Assembly: GCA_051362555.1 (NCBI GenBank)
Contig: CM120640.1
Span: 6,014,001 to 6,078,000 of the forward strand
Length of the DNA: 64,000 bases
Reading direction: 5' to 3'
Origin: Lingula anatina
Taxonomy: Eukaryota; Animalia; Brachiopoda
Of the stretch, positions 1 through 63,859 are shown piece after piece (within the stretch, counting starts at the first letter, position 1; each line of letters starts with the position of its first letter). The notes beneath the pieces are model-generated. The model was not told the origin of the DNA. It did no database searches and was given only the letters and a program-made list of their open reading frames with translations. The translations under genes were made by a program, and so were the position numbers.

Positions 1-36
1 TGTGAGATGTAGTAATTGCTATATTTTTCATAACAG

Positions 37-246
37 GTATAAGAGCCAAACCAAACAGGTTGTTGTGACATCAAACCCTGCTGTCCAAGTGAACTTCACC
101 CTGGAGAAGGATGACGTGGAACAGTGGTCCAAGCAGAATGACTTTAATATAGCCAAGAACTTGGAGCAGACTTACAAGACCCAGGAGCAGATCAAGGAGG
201 AGCTAATACAGATGGCTAAAGATAATCCAACCTTTGTCAAGTACAG
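37..246 (+). CDS. CPD: CPD exon (end of TTR-like subdomain / start of penultimate CP domain)
   Basis: taacag|G ... AG|gtcagt; YKSQTKQVVV...VNFTL. Confidence 0.85.
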
Positions 247-1230
247 GTCAGTGAAACATATATGACCTAGAACAATAAATTTCTGCTTCCTTGTTGCATA
301 CATCAGTGACAGAAGTATTGGAAGTTCATAGTTAAATTACTGGCTTATTGCTGTGATAGATTAGATCCACATTAGAATTTTTAAGCAAAGTTAAACTAAT
401 TAGTACAATGTTTTAGATGCCATAGGCTCTGTATTTTATTTTGAAACAGAGTTGAATTAATTTGTATAATGATAATCTTTTGCATAGCATATACAGTTTT
501 AATTTAAAAAGATCAGATAAAATGGATCCCAATAACTATGTTCCCCACACGGTTTTAGTTGTGTAGTACTCCATATTTTAATGTACCATCTTAAAGCTAT
601 ATGTACATAAAATTTGATCTTCCATCCCACAGGAGCCTTGGTAAAACTGGAGAGGGTAATGACATGGCATCCTTAGAGTTGGGGCAGCCATCAGGTTCTG
701 TGGCCCATGTTGGTGTGTTTGGTGGACTGTTTGGTGATGAACCTGTTGGAGGAGAGATTATCCTTAGATTGGCTAGACACATGATTGAAGGTGAGAGATG
801 GTTTATCGTAATGTCTTTTAAGTCTAACATTAATTTGCAGGTGTACTTACAGATACAAGTCTTGTCAGAAATATATTTTGATTCATAGTGCCTGGGATTT
901 ACCACAAATCAATGAAAATAATGCAAACATGAAAAAAAACATACACTGCATTTAATATGCATATGGTATTCTGATTCTGTTAAGGACACTCTTTTATAAA
1001 TTTTCTCCCAGGATATAAAAGGAAGGACTCAGCACTTAGTAATCTGCTTTCCAAGGCCCACATTCACCTGGTCCCCTCAGTGGATGTAGATGGCCTGGAA
1101 GAGGATGCCAAACCTGGAGACTGTACTGGGAAACAGTACAAGGAGCCTTACATTGCCAATGACTTTGAAGATTCAGAAAATGGAAAGGTAGTTATTTCTT
1201 CAGATATATATATTATATATATTGAATAAT

Positions 1231-1286
<56 letters not shown>

Positions 1287-2848
1287 AATAATTAGTTTTC
1301 TGAATAATTGGTCACCTTATAACTCGAATTACCATTTAAATTTTTTTCTTTGGTATCAACTATGTGCCTTCACAGAATAGTTCTCCACCAACAATTTTTT
1401 CATTCAATAAAAGATAGAGGGAGCATAATTTTTTCAGTGGAATTTTGTAAATTAAAATATTGATAATTTAACAAGAATGAGTTTTTTTTTTCACCACTTT
1501 AAAATGAACAAATTTATAAACTGCAGATACCCAATGCTGAGGTACCATTGTTAAAACTATGTTTTGAGCAACACCAGTATCACCTTGTGCTGAGTCTGGA
1601 AGCAAGAGGAGTATATGTCAGGTATTGTCAATTAATTTTCTGAACACAGTTACCAGAAAGGTTTTGCATGGCATTAGCAAGTCTCACCAATTTGTCATAG
1701 CACTCAGGTTATGCAGTTGCCATTATATTGTAGTGTATCTAAATTAAATGAAATTAATATTTTAGAAGAGCATAAAGTTGAGCAAATAACAAGATGGTAA
1801 AGACAACAAAAGAGTTTTAAATCAGAATTTTATTAACTGTGGCATTGTATCATGTTTCCCTTTGTTTGTGAAGAGATATAATTGAAGTGATATCTTTCAG
1901 ATTGTATATGAGTGGTTATAATTGAATTGACCTCTTCTTGTTTCAGATACCCACTGAATGCAAAAAGAAGGAACAACATGGGACGCAGGGTGTCTTACAC
2001 AGAAGATGACGATGAATTCATTACTCTAGTGGAAGCCTATGTGAACGCCCACCCTGCCATAGGATCACCAGATCAGTGTGGTCATAACTTCACTGGGGGT
2101 GCTGTGGCTGGAGCTGAAGTACCCCAGGAGACACATCCAGGAGCCTTAATGGACTATGCATACTATAAACATGGGACTTTCATGGTAAAGATTTAAGAAA
2201 GAAATTTTCTGTGATGGGGAAGTGAAAGAGGAATAATTGTATAAAAGTTAGATGTCACTTATGTTTTTTACTTTAAAGAACATGAACATGTGTTAAGTCT
2301 GATACTTTCTAAATATTTTACTATTTTATCAAGAATGGCAGTTAATCCAGTTATTTTGTATTTAGCTTTCAGCCCATGTTTCCTGCTGCAAATACCCTCC
2401 AGCAAGTGAACTACCCACTCTGTACAGAGATAACCTGGGCTCCATAATGGCACTTCTCAGTAAAGCTTCACAAGGTAGGACATGCTGCGTGCTAAAACCA
2501 AGCCTTTGGTTTGGAAATATTAGTCCCCATTTAAACCTCTGTTTACTAGGCCTTCCTTGAACTATAAAGTTTTTTGTTAAGTATGTCTTGACAAATGAAA
2601 ATTAAGCTTTTTTGTCCTATCTTACAATTGATTACTAAGACTTGAATTTTTCTTTTAGGTGTGAGAGGCAGGATCACTGATGTGAAGAATCAACCCATAA
2701 AAGGAGTTGAGCTCAAGATTTTAAACCATGAGCAGAACATCACAGTGTCGGACACAGGAGAATTCTACAGAATGTTTCCAATAGGACAGTTTCATTTGCA
2801 AGCTTCAGCACCAGGTATAATAATTACATCACTTCACATTTTACACAC

Positions 2849-2903
<55 letters not shown>

Positions 2904-5900
2904 TTTTTTTCAAAATTTAACTGATCTGCTTTTAAGTTATTAATAAAGCTAGTATTTGAAAAATATATTTGTCAATTGCTGTTTTTCTTGTTGCATGAAA
3001 AGATGTATGTGGTGAAAACTAACAGTTTAGAGTTATGTTAATATTTTGTAGCTTACGATACTCTGACCAAAAGCACAGATGTTCTTGGTGACTCCATAGC
3101 ACAGCTGAATTTCCAGATGAGGAAAGAAGTGACTGAGATGTCCTACCACAACTATGATGCTATGGTGAACTTTATGAGGAATATATCATCAACATACCCT
3201 CACATCTCAAATATGTACAGGTACTTACTGTCAATAAATATGGAATTACACCAACTTTGTATGTACAGGATGTTACACAAATACAATTAATTGGGCAATT
3301 CAAAATATGATGATAGCAGCTCTTTGTGCTTTACCAACATGACTAAAAGGAACACTGGTGATTGTTAGATTTATACTTAGTAATACCAGGTTACCTCCAA
3401 GGCACTTATTGCAACTTGCCAGGTTACTATAGGCGACAATAGGCGACAATATTCATATTTTCAAATATTCATTGATATATTACTAAAATATAACAAAGTA
3501 CGCAAATGTTACATATTATTGGTGAGTTGATCTATTGGCTGATCTATTTACCCAAATAATTCCAGCATTGGGCAGAGTGTTCGTGGCAAAGACTTATGGG
3601 TGTTGGAGGTCAGTAGCAACGTGGGAGCGGCTGCCCACAGAAAGGTGCCGATCAGTCTGATAGGAGGTGTCCATGGCAACGAGGCAGTGGGCAAGGAACT
3701 ATTGCTGGAACTGGCCACTTACCTCTGCAGTCATTACAGACAAGATTATGTCATTACACAGGTACATACATAGAAAGCAGAAGTACTGTCATGAAAGGTT
3801 TTTCATGTTCTCTAGATAAGAAGATAAAACAGTGTGTTTCCATCTAGAATATATGGGTCTTGATCATATGAATGGTAATTTTGCACCTGTATGCAACATC
3901 CAAAAAACTGGATGCTTTTGTAAATTCTAGTACAATTGTCCATCGTAATTTATAACTGAGATGAACAATCTTTTCCACAATATACATATGTATTAATTTT
4001 ACATTTTTACCCCTTTTAGCTACTTGAGAACACCCGCATCCACATCCTGCCCTCTCTGAATCCAGATGGCGCCACAGAGGCCACTGTAGGGGACTGTGAA
4101 GGAAAGACTGGGGAGTTAAATGCCAATAACGTAGACCTGCTCACCAATTACCCAAGTAAGCTGTTACTTTGATTTGTAATGCAGTGCTTCATTGGAAATA
4201 AGTCATAACAGTGCTCACTATTTATGTTGTCCAAAGCCTAGCTGTTTTTACAGTTAATTATAGATAAAGATATGCACTGCAGATATAAATAATGTTTTTT
4301 TTTGTGTCAGTGCTAATGAATATTGTTTTAATACTTAAAAATTTTTTTAAATTCTTTTAATTTGATGTGGTATTGTTTCTGTTCACAGTCTCTGACTCCA
4401 ATAACAGTTTTGTTCTTGAGCCTGAGACCCAGGCAGTGATTGGGTGGATCCACCAGCATTCTTTCCTAATGTCTGTACTGCTGAGAGGAGGAGCACTGGT
4501 CACCAGCTTCCCATTCTATGCACCAGCTGATGGTAAGTGATAAATCTATATTTGTCAATATAAATCAAATTTCCATTAAAAATATAGTTACCACTGGACT
4601 TGTACTTGACTATTCTTACATTACCATATATTGATGGCACCAGAACTGAGCTTTCCACAGTTTACGTCTGTTCTGTTTATGATAAAATTTATGTTGAAAT
4701 ACTCGCTACAGTGATTTTTTTTTCAAATCACTTGACTGTTGGTATTTTAATTTATTTTAACTTCATTTCTTTCACTCTTCAGATGCCCAGACGGGCCACC
4801 CCACTGCTGTGAATGCTGTGTTCCAGCATCTTGCCAGTACCTATGTCAAGAGACATCCCACTATGCAGACAGGTCAATGTGAACACAAGCTGTCTGGACA
4901 CAGTAAGTACTCATAGTTACTGTTAGTCTTCAGAATTGTACCAGGGTACAGGAATAGGATATTGTAATTAAGAGTGTACTACTCTTTATATTATGTATGC
5001 TCTGTATGTTCTTGCAGGCCCAGAATTTAAACAAGGCATAGAGAATGGAGCTGTGTGGCAGCCAGCCACCAACACAATGCAGGTACGACTATTGATGAAT
5101 TTTGTCTATGGGATTCTAGCATTCATTATATCTTAAAGCATATTTGTATACAAAAAGATTAAGGTGAGGAGCAAATCAGTCTTTTAGGTTTTTAAAACAT
5201 AGATGCGCAAGTGCTAAATGATTGCATCTGTTACATTAGTGCGATTAAGTATGTAGAAAGTGTTACCTAAATAGTTCTTTTTGGAATTTGCAAATTCTTT
5301 ATTAAAAATTTATGTAACCACATTTTATATAATTGTGCATCACAGTGCATGTATGGTTTCTCTGTTTTATACTTTGGCAATAACTAATGATCTTTACAAC
5401 CACAAAGTCAAGTACAAGACATCTCAATTTAAGTAATGTAATGAAATTATATTGTTTTATCTCAGGATTTCAGCTACTTAAGTGTAGGCTGCATGCAGCT
5501 GACTGTCCATGTGGAGTGTTGTTCTTACCCCAGGGATAATGAACTGGCTCATCTGTGGAGGGCAAATAAGAAATCACTTATTGCAGTGTTGCAGGAGGTA
5601 TGCAGAGTCATCTGTCATAACAGATTAAAAACACCAAACAAGAATAATTTTAAAAGTTGTACATAATATTGACATCATCATATAAATAGATTGTCAGTTT
5701 AGGTACTCATAGCATTTAAATACTGTTTTTTATATTTTAACTAATGGAAATAATTTGATTATTCAGGCTTATCAAGGAATCAGAGGTCAGATCTATAGCC
5801 ACACTGGCTATCCTATAGAGCAAGCAGTTATTGACATTGAGGGAAGCCCCACACAAGCCATCACCAATAAGAATGGTGCATACTGGAAAATGTTACTGCC

Positions 5901-5956
5901 TGGAACATATACTGTTAAAGTAACTGCAGAGGGATTTGTTTCACAAACCAAGGTTA

Positions 5957-5997
<41 letters not shown>

Positions 5998-6639
5998 GTT
6001 GTTTATTATTTGTTTAAATCAAAATCTTTGATCTTTGGCATTCTCGAAAACATCCACTGCATGTTTACCTGTCATGGGCCCTATAACTTTTGTTATTAAA
6101 ACATGCTCTCTGTTCTAGGTTGTGAAGGTTGATTCTCAAAGAGCCACTGAAGTTTTATTTGAATTGTCAAAGATTGAAAAGATCATGGGACTCAGAAAAG
6201 AAATGTTTGTTGCCTTTATAGGTAAGAAACGGCAATCAGTTAGCATTTGATACAGTAGTTAACAAAGTAGAAGAACCTTAGTTGGTGAGTTTTAAAAGTA
6301 AGAAGAGGTATTTGTAGTAGACTAATGGAAATTGCCAGGTTTTTAGATCTGTAAAAGGTTTTGCAGGGGCGTATACTTACATTTTACATGGAATATTTTC
6401 ACTTTCTAGGATTCACAGCTTTTGTGATCGTTATTCTGATCACCATCATGGTCATATACAAAACCTACTGCAACAGCTACTCCTACAGGAAACTCCGACC
6501 CAATGATTTCATGGATGAAGATGATGAAGAGCATTTACATGGATACAGTGCTAGGGCTGCCTTGTTACGTAAATCAGAATATCATGATGAGGAAGATGAG
6601 TCAGATGAAGAGCACACACTATATGCGTCCAAAGCTTAA
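37..6639 (+). CDS. CPD: Carboxypeptidase D (M14B), 3' part; 17 exons; 5' end outside the window
   Basis: Exons 37-246, 633-790, 1012-1187, 1527-1621, 1947-2184, 2366-2474, 2659-2814, 3052-3220, 3566-3761, 4020-4155, 4389-4532, 4783-4902, 5018-5082, 5466-5597, 5767-5952, 6119-6221, 6410-6639. All introns are GT-AG and phases chain correctly. Motifs: SIGQSVRGKDLWV, GGVHGNEAVGKELL, IHILPSLNPDG, SCCKYP, TTR-like GAYWKMLLPGTYTV, TM helix, acidic tail. Stop TAA at 6637-6639. Confidence 0.93.
633..790 (+). CDS. CPD: CPD exon (SLGKT...FGGLFGDEPVGGE)
   Basis: cacag| ... G|gtgaga; HxxE-equivalent reads FGDE. Confidence 0.88.
1012..1187 (+). CDS. CPD: CPD exon (IHLVPSVDVDG)
   Basis: cccag| ... AAG|gtagtt. 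Confidence 0.87.
1237..1283. repeat. (TA)n microsatellite
   Basis: Direct read. Confidence 0.95.
1527..1621 (+). CDS. CPD: CPD exon (LVLSLEARG)
   Basis: ctgcag| ... AG|gtattg; phases fit both neighbours. Confidence 0.82.
1947..2184 (+). CDS. CPD: CPD exon (RYP...GALMDYAY)
   Basis: tttcag| ... ATG|gtaaag. Confidence 0.88.
2366..2474 (+). CDS. CPD: CPD exon (LSAHVSCCKYP)
   Basis: tttag| ... AAG|gtagga. Confidence 0.88.
2659..2814 (+). CDS. CPD: CPD exon (TTR-like, GVRGRITD...GEFYRM)
   Basis: ttttag| ... CAG|gtataa. Confidence 0.88.
2853..2901. repeat. (CA)n microsatellite
   Basis: Direct read. Confidence 0.95.
3052..3220 (+). CDS. CPD: CPD exon (YHNYDAM, start of last CP domain)
   Basis: tgtag| ... 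AG|gtactt. Confidence 0.88.
3566..3761 (+). CDS. CPD: CPD exon (SIGQSV...GGVHGNE)
   Basis: tccag| ... CAG|gtacat. Confidence 0.92.
4020..4155 (+). CDS. CPD: CPD exon (TRIHILPSLNPDG...NANNVDL)
   Basis: ttttag| ... A|gtaagc. Confidence 0.92.
4389..4532 (+). CDS. CPD: CPD exon (EPETQAVIGW...GGALVTSFPF)
   Basis: cacag| ... G|gtaagt. Confidence 0.9.
4783..4902 (+). CDS. CPD: CPD exon (VFQHLASTY...HPTM)
   Basis: ttcag| ... A|gtaagt. Confidence 0.88.
5018..5082 (+). CDS. CPD: CPD exon (GIENGAVW...MQ)
   Basis: tgcag| ... CAG|gtacga. Confidence 0.88.
5466..5597 (+). CDS. CPD: CPD exon (DFSYL...CCSYP...NKKSL)
   Basis: ctcag| ... GAG|gtatgc. Confidence 0.9.
5767..5952 (+). CDS. CPD: CPD exon (TTR-like, GAYWKMLLPGTY)
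   Basis: ttcag| ... AAG|gttatc. Confidence 0.9.
5959..5996. repeat. (ATT)n microsatellite
   Basis: Direct read. Confidence 0.95.
6119..6221 (+). CDS. CPD: CPD exon (juxtamembrane / TM start)
   Basis: tctag| ... G|gtaaga. Confidence 0.85.
6410..6639 (+). CDS. CPD: CPD terminal exon (TM, YRKL, acidic cluster, stop)
   Basis: ttctag|; GFTAFVIVILITIMVIY...YRKL...SEYHDEEDESDEE...TAA. Confidence 0.9.
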
Positions 6640-8422
6640 ATTAAGCATCCTTCATTACCTTACAGTTTTCAAATACATGCACCAAGTGTAGCTGTTACCA
6701 TCTGTTTTGTATTTGGTATATTTGTAGAGACATACAATGAGTAGACTAATTTAGATTTATGTAGATTAAATAACTGATGTTAATTCCCCCAAAAAAGATC
6801 ATCAGTAATTCTTTGAAAATCAGATCTAAATCTGAAAAGGTCATAAATTGATGTCTCAATCCATTATTATGATTATTGAAGTTCTAACCATTGCAACACA
6901 TTCTCAAGTAGACGTTCTCTTACATTCCTTAATATGTTAAGTATGTTATTATGTTAAGGTTAACAAACAATTATATAGATAGCATGAGTAATTGGAATCT
7001 TCAGCTTTGTGCATGTATGAAGTTATTTCTTTACTTTTGTTAACTTGCCAGATGTGAGTTTCATTATTATTTTCACTAAAATTATCATATTAGATTTAGA
7101 GCACTATGAAATTATGCACCAAAGAAAAGTTATTCAAACTGGCTAAATTGATCAGAGAGGCAAAAGATTTAAGTAGAAGTCACTAGTATTAAGGGCAAAC
7201 GTGCAGCTGTGCTTGGTTTACTGCCCAGGACTTGGTGATTTTTTTTCTAGTTGTTATACATGGCCTTGTTAACTATGGACACACATTCAATACACTCATA
7301 CATGCAATCACATCTAATGCACTCCAAATGTAACACGGGTGTCACCTAACACACTAATACCTTACACAGTCCAACAGCAACAAAACCAGCATTAGTATAA
7401 GGATAACAACTTCCAAAACGTGACACTCATGCCTCTCATTTTGTGATAGTTGAAAAGGATATTTTTGTACCATTCTATGCAGAGCAATAATGCCTAAGAC
7501 TCATTTCCTGAAAGATGAAATCTTTCTGGAAATTAGTATGGTTCTTGTTAAAGTCATTTTAAATGTAAATATGTTATATCAGATATTGGATTCATACATT
7601 TTGCTGTAATTAAGAGGCTTATGGATGCATATTTAGCTTTAATACAAGGGTAAAACTTTGCCTTAAAGTCGGTCTTCCTTATATGTACAGAGTGGTAAAA
7701 AGGTTCAGAATGACATCATAATAATCCAGTAAATGCATTTCAAAATATGAAGATCATGGAAAGTTGTATATTGGTGGGTCCTTAAGTTTTGGTTGAGCTT
7801 TTTAAAGTATACCTAAGTTTTGTTAGCAGAGAAACATAGTGTTTTGTGTGGAACCTGCAATTTTGATGGTTTCCTACACTCTTCTGTAGTTTTTGGCGTT
7901 ATCAGTCAGCATGTCATTAGGGACCTGTTGTATTCTTTGAACATTTTAACAAACCCGAGTGTCAAACAAAGACAATCTTGTTATCACCTGTTATTTCCTA
8001 TAAGTGGTAATATCTTTGACATTAGGATAATATACTTGCCTTTTCATGTAGAAAAAAATCTCTCATGATATTAATGAACTCTGTTTCTTTTGAGGAATTA
8101 TGCTGTTTAACTGGTGCTTATTTAGTGGATAGATCTTTGGGTTGTCTTCACTATAGACAGGCATGCTGTTTTATGTTTATGTTGACATATGATTTTGTGT
8201 TATGGTTTGTGAATACATCTTGAATGGTGATTTATAATGGGTGAGTGGTCGGATATTAGAAATGTGCAAATATTTTAAATGTTACTGATTGGTTAATGCC
8301 ATGCAAAATTAACAATAATCTTGGATTTTTTTCTTGAGAATCAATTGTTTATTGTTATGAAAAATCTTTCTGGACATCATCTGTTTCATATGTATGATTT
8401 TCAAGACTGTGAGTTAAACTTT

Positions 8423-8439
8423 AATAAAATATTAATAAA
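8423..8439 (+). terminator. Tandem AATAAA polyadenylation signals of CPD (3' UTR about 1.8 kb)
   Basis: AATAAA at 8423-8428 and 8434-8439, followed by T/GT-rich sequence. Confidence 0.6.
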
Positions 8440-8759
8440 AATGTTTCAGATATTTTGTCATGTTCAGGAGCTTGAAAAAACACTGTTAACCAAGCTATTT
8501 TTTTTCTTAAGTGTGTAACACAAAAGTAATTTATGGAATATTTCTGAAAGGTAGGTACACTTTTTTTGTTTTACTTTGATTTGTATTAAGATACTTAGAA
8601 ATATCAGAAGGAAAGTTCAGCGGCAGGACTTCAATTTTATAAAATGAAGATTTACTGCTATTCAAAAACTGACGGACAAGTAGTAAACCAAAAATCCAGA
8701 ATACGTGCTGATGATAATATTCTAGCAGTCGAAGGTCAAGGGTGAACAATGTAAACAGG

Positions 8760-8890
8760 TACCCGGATGCATAGTAAGCCATTTTGAAAATCGGAAGTGG
8801 ACGGAATCCTACTAGCTTCCAGTTTCCGGCATGTCTATGCGGCCTTAAAAGCGTTATAGCATTGCAGGACCATAACTCACGATATATTTG
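8760..8890 (+). promoter_or_regulatory. Putative TATA-less MYO18 promoter and non-coding first exon
   Basis: Local CpG enrichment; YY1-like GCCATTTT 8778-8785; ETS CGGAAGTG 8792-8799 and TTTCCGG 8823-8829; donor gtaagt at 8890. Confidence 0.5.
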
Positions 8891-9845
8891 TAAGTACATA
8901 TGTAAAAGTATCAATGTGGTAATTATAGCATTGTTGTAAGCTTTGTCTTGTAGGTCTTCACTGCACAGTCGGTGGCGACAGAGCCCTTGCCAAGGACACC
9001 CAAGTGAGATCGTGAAGGCAGTGATGTTGTGCTGTGTCAGGTGTCTTGGCGCATTAAATTGTAAAAACGAAAATAAGTTCTATTAGTGTTAGCCTCAGGA
9101 TGAAGGGCACTTGTGTCAAAACGTCGATTTTTTGTGGAACGTTTCAGTAATTTAAAGTAATCCAGAACCGGTCGGCACTACATCAAATGATTTTCCTGTG
9201 CACTTCTGAATAGGCGTGTTGTGTACATTTAACTAGACCAAAGGTTAATTCTCTTGCTGTCCTGTACAGGAATTTTTGTCTGTTATGTTGCACCTGAACC
9301 TGTAAGAATAACATGCAGTCAATGGCAAAAGGACCCGCCTTTGATCTGGAACAGAACTTTGATGCAATGCCCTCTGTCTCTCACCTTTGTGTATCCCACA
9401 CTGCTATGAATTTTTTGCTGCCATTTGGAATGAAATTGCAAATATCTGTTCACTGCACAATTTGCAGTTCACTTCAAACACATTTAAGCCTGGTAGAATT
9501 TTACAGGGATGCTCGGGGAAGGGATGATGTAGCTTTCAGTCATCAAGTCCAAGTGTATATTTCAGTGATAACTGAATGATAACAAATGTTTTATTGCTGG
9601 CCTTGCCTGGGCTTATATATAAATTTCTGTTTACAGTATATTTTCATTGATAATATGTGCTATAAAGCACATATGTTGGAGACGATTTGGGATCATCATG
9701 CACACCTGTGGATATAAACACAATAGGCTTCATACAACCAGTGATTGAAGATAGTAAAATAATAATATTATTAATAATAATGATAAGTGTTATATTGATA
9801 ACACTATACTTCTGATTGTTTTTGTCAATATGCTCAAAACAGTCA

Positions 9846-9896
9846 TTTTTATGTACAGACACAGATGTGTCTGTACATATAGCCATCATCTGCGTC
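9846..9896 (+). mobile_element. Isolated 5' fragment of the HINE family found at 26465
   Basis: Near-identical to 26465-26515 (atgtacagacacagatgtgtctgtacatatagcc..catctgcgtc). Confidence 0.75.
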
Positions 9897-12310
9897 CTTG
9901 TTAAGAATGTTTCTCCTCGTTGAGATTGTGAATATGACTCTTGATAAAGTGTGGAGGGGCTAGGTTCTTGAGACTGATATATTTTAGACTGATGGTATCA
10001 AAGGTTCTTGAGGGGGCGTGACAGACACTTAAACTGATTACATTCATTGCACTTTAGCAAGAATCCCCAGAGATAGATCAGTCCTGCTGGTTACAGTTGT
10101 ACAGTAAACTTCTACTCTGAATGCAGCCTTATGCTAATAGTAAAACCTGCTTATTATACAGTATTTTATCCTGCCTGGTAATTAAAAAAAGCAAGTGATT
10201 CAAGCAGCTACCTGTATAATTGATAAAGAATTTATCACAGAAGATTTATAATAAGGCCACAATGATAATATAAGGAAAATGGAAGTAGGTGTATAATTAA
10301 TGCACAATGACATGTGTTATCAGCCTGACAGCCGGGTTTGTGTTTTTATTTGGATTGGTGATTACAAGATAAGGCCACTTTGGAGTTTTACTTTCTGTTT
10401 TGTGTAGTGTACTTCCCTCATTGTATCAGTAGGTCCAATTGGATACCATATTGATTACGATAAATAAATAAAATATGGTAGACATTTGGAGGATAAAAAG
10501 CAATTGTCCTGTTAAGCAGCCCTCTCACCTACCCAGCTATAGACTGAGTAAAGTCTAGTTTTATTGCTTCCACTGCCTTAGAATCTCCAAAGAATAAGTC
10601 AATAAGTCCATAGCAGTTTTCAAAATTTGGATCAAGCCTTTATCATTTCTGGTTTGGTGATATCCAATTTTGTTGTTCTAATGAACAGTATGTTTCAAAT
10701 TGAATTATTTTAATTTCCTACACTTGCATATATTTTAGACTGATAAAAAGAGGTGTACAGCCATAGTCTAAATGTATTATGTGAACATTTTGTCTTCTAA
10801 ACTATTTGAAAATGTAAATTTTAAAAGCACATTTACATTTCATTAACAGGACTGTATAGCAATGCCATTTTAAAGTATATATCATTTGAATACATTTTCT
10901 TAATTATTTGTACTTGTCAGTTCAGAACCCAAAGACCTCTTTGAGTGCTCATGAACTAATTTGGGAAACTGTGAATGCTACAAAGCTGTTGAAAAAGAAA
11001 ATATTTTGGCCAGGGTATCATGTAGCACTGTGTCTCTTGGTTAAAGTAACTGTACCATAAACTTGGACCATTGTAAATAGCTGTGATATCCAGTATCCAG
11101 CTCCACTAACCCAGTCACACTACATTAACCTCAGGGAACATAGCGTCAGCTACAGGGACTACACAGCACCTATGGTATATATTGATACATATATGCTGCC
11201 TAATATAATGAATTTCATCAGAGGCAGATAGTGTCAGATGACATATATATAGCCATACATTTCATTATGAATGATGCAGTGCCCAGTGATATCACCCATG
11301 TATATGTATAAAAAAAAACAAACTATTTCTTGAGGCCCACCCTGTCTTGTTTATACTTGGATGCTCACATTCACAGTTTGTCATATTGTCACAGTGAAGA
11401 AAACCACACTTTATATTCTGGATGGAATGCACCACTAGCCAAGCCCTATGGTCAAGCAAATTGATCACATAGTTAAATAGTGCTGACACTACATAATGTT
11501 GAGACTGTCCGTCCAAGATCCAATGTCTGTCGAGTGACACAAAGATACTGAATGCATGAAACAGTCATTGAAATAATGTCCACCCCCCTCTCATATTTGA
11601 TATATTGTAACTAGGATGGCAAAACTGATAAACAAATAGATCAAATTTTCACCCATTTTTCTTGCTCTGCAGACCAGGCTGAGACTATGAGAGACTAGGT
11701 ATATGTCAACACAATAACTGATACAGTGTTGAAGCATCAAGTTGACCCTAGCTTGCTGGTCTTTCCTAGCCCCTGGGCACTGTGATGATATTTATGGACA
11801 GCATTCCATGTGGCAGGTTGTGATACAGAGTAGTAATAGCTTATCACTGTTTAAACTAGGGTAGGACAGGTCGGACAAATACATCACAGTGAATCACCAG
11901 TGTGTTATGGCTAAAGGTATCTAGAGCAAATGAGAGCAAGGTATTTTGAATTTTTATGGACCCAGTGCATAAATATTTGGTCTTAAATTATGTCCATAAA
12001 GGTTATCTTTTAGAGCTTAGAATTATAAACATTGTTCTACATTAAAAACAAATCTCCATTGATGTGTCACCGTCAAGGGTTCATTTAGCATTTTGCCAAA
12101 TTCTTTAGTAAGGCCTGATATTGATTTTGACATTTAGAAGAATGGTACTTATTAAGTGGAGTATGCTCCTGTGCTGTCTGAGTGCAAACAGTAACACAGT
12201 CGGTGAAGTGGTGTCTCTTCATATTGAACATTTACTACCAGCTCTGGTTCACAGAATAGCCCTGACATCACTGTAGTAGTGTGTATTAAATAGAGAATTA
12301 TTATGATTAA

Positions 12311-12647
12311 AGGGATAATAACTCTTCGTTTTGGCCAAAAAATGAATTTTCCTGGAGTAAACAACAATTTTCCCATACTTACTAATGGTTAATGAATCCA
12401 TTTTTACATTCAAAGTTAGTCCCTGGTTTTTTTCTAAAAAGTTTGGATTTTTGTTAAAATCTCTTAAGAGATTATAACAGAGTATAACCATCAATGGAGG
12501 TCACGTGATCTGAAGACAAGCTTAGATATCAGAATAATAGCTATAACTGCTGTTTTCATCGTAAAACAGAATATATCATATTTCTATGAGTTATTCACAA
12601 TGTTTTTATTGTGAAATATAGATTTCATACGAAGAGTTATTATCCCT
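12311..12647. mobile_element. Non-autonomous TTAA-targeting DNA transposon (Kolobok-like MITE)
   Basis: Perfect 19-bp TIR agggataataactcttcgt; TTAA at 12307-12310 and 12648-12651; homologous copy at 37009. Confidence 0.85.
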
Positions 12648-12772
12648 TTAATTGATATTTCAAAAGATGTAAAAGCTTTGTGACATTTTTTCAGCACTTC
12701 AGCACTATTTTGTTATAAGTTTGTAATTGTTGATTTTTTTGTCCGTTTCAGGTAATTTAGCACCCTGTAGTC

Positions 12773-63859
<51,087 letters not shown>

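Noticed and set aside
8531-8914. 127-aa minus-strand ORF across the promoter region
   Set aside because: Non-ATG start, no recognisable motifs, AT-rich composition
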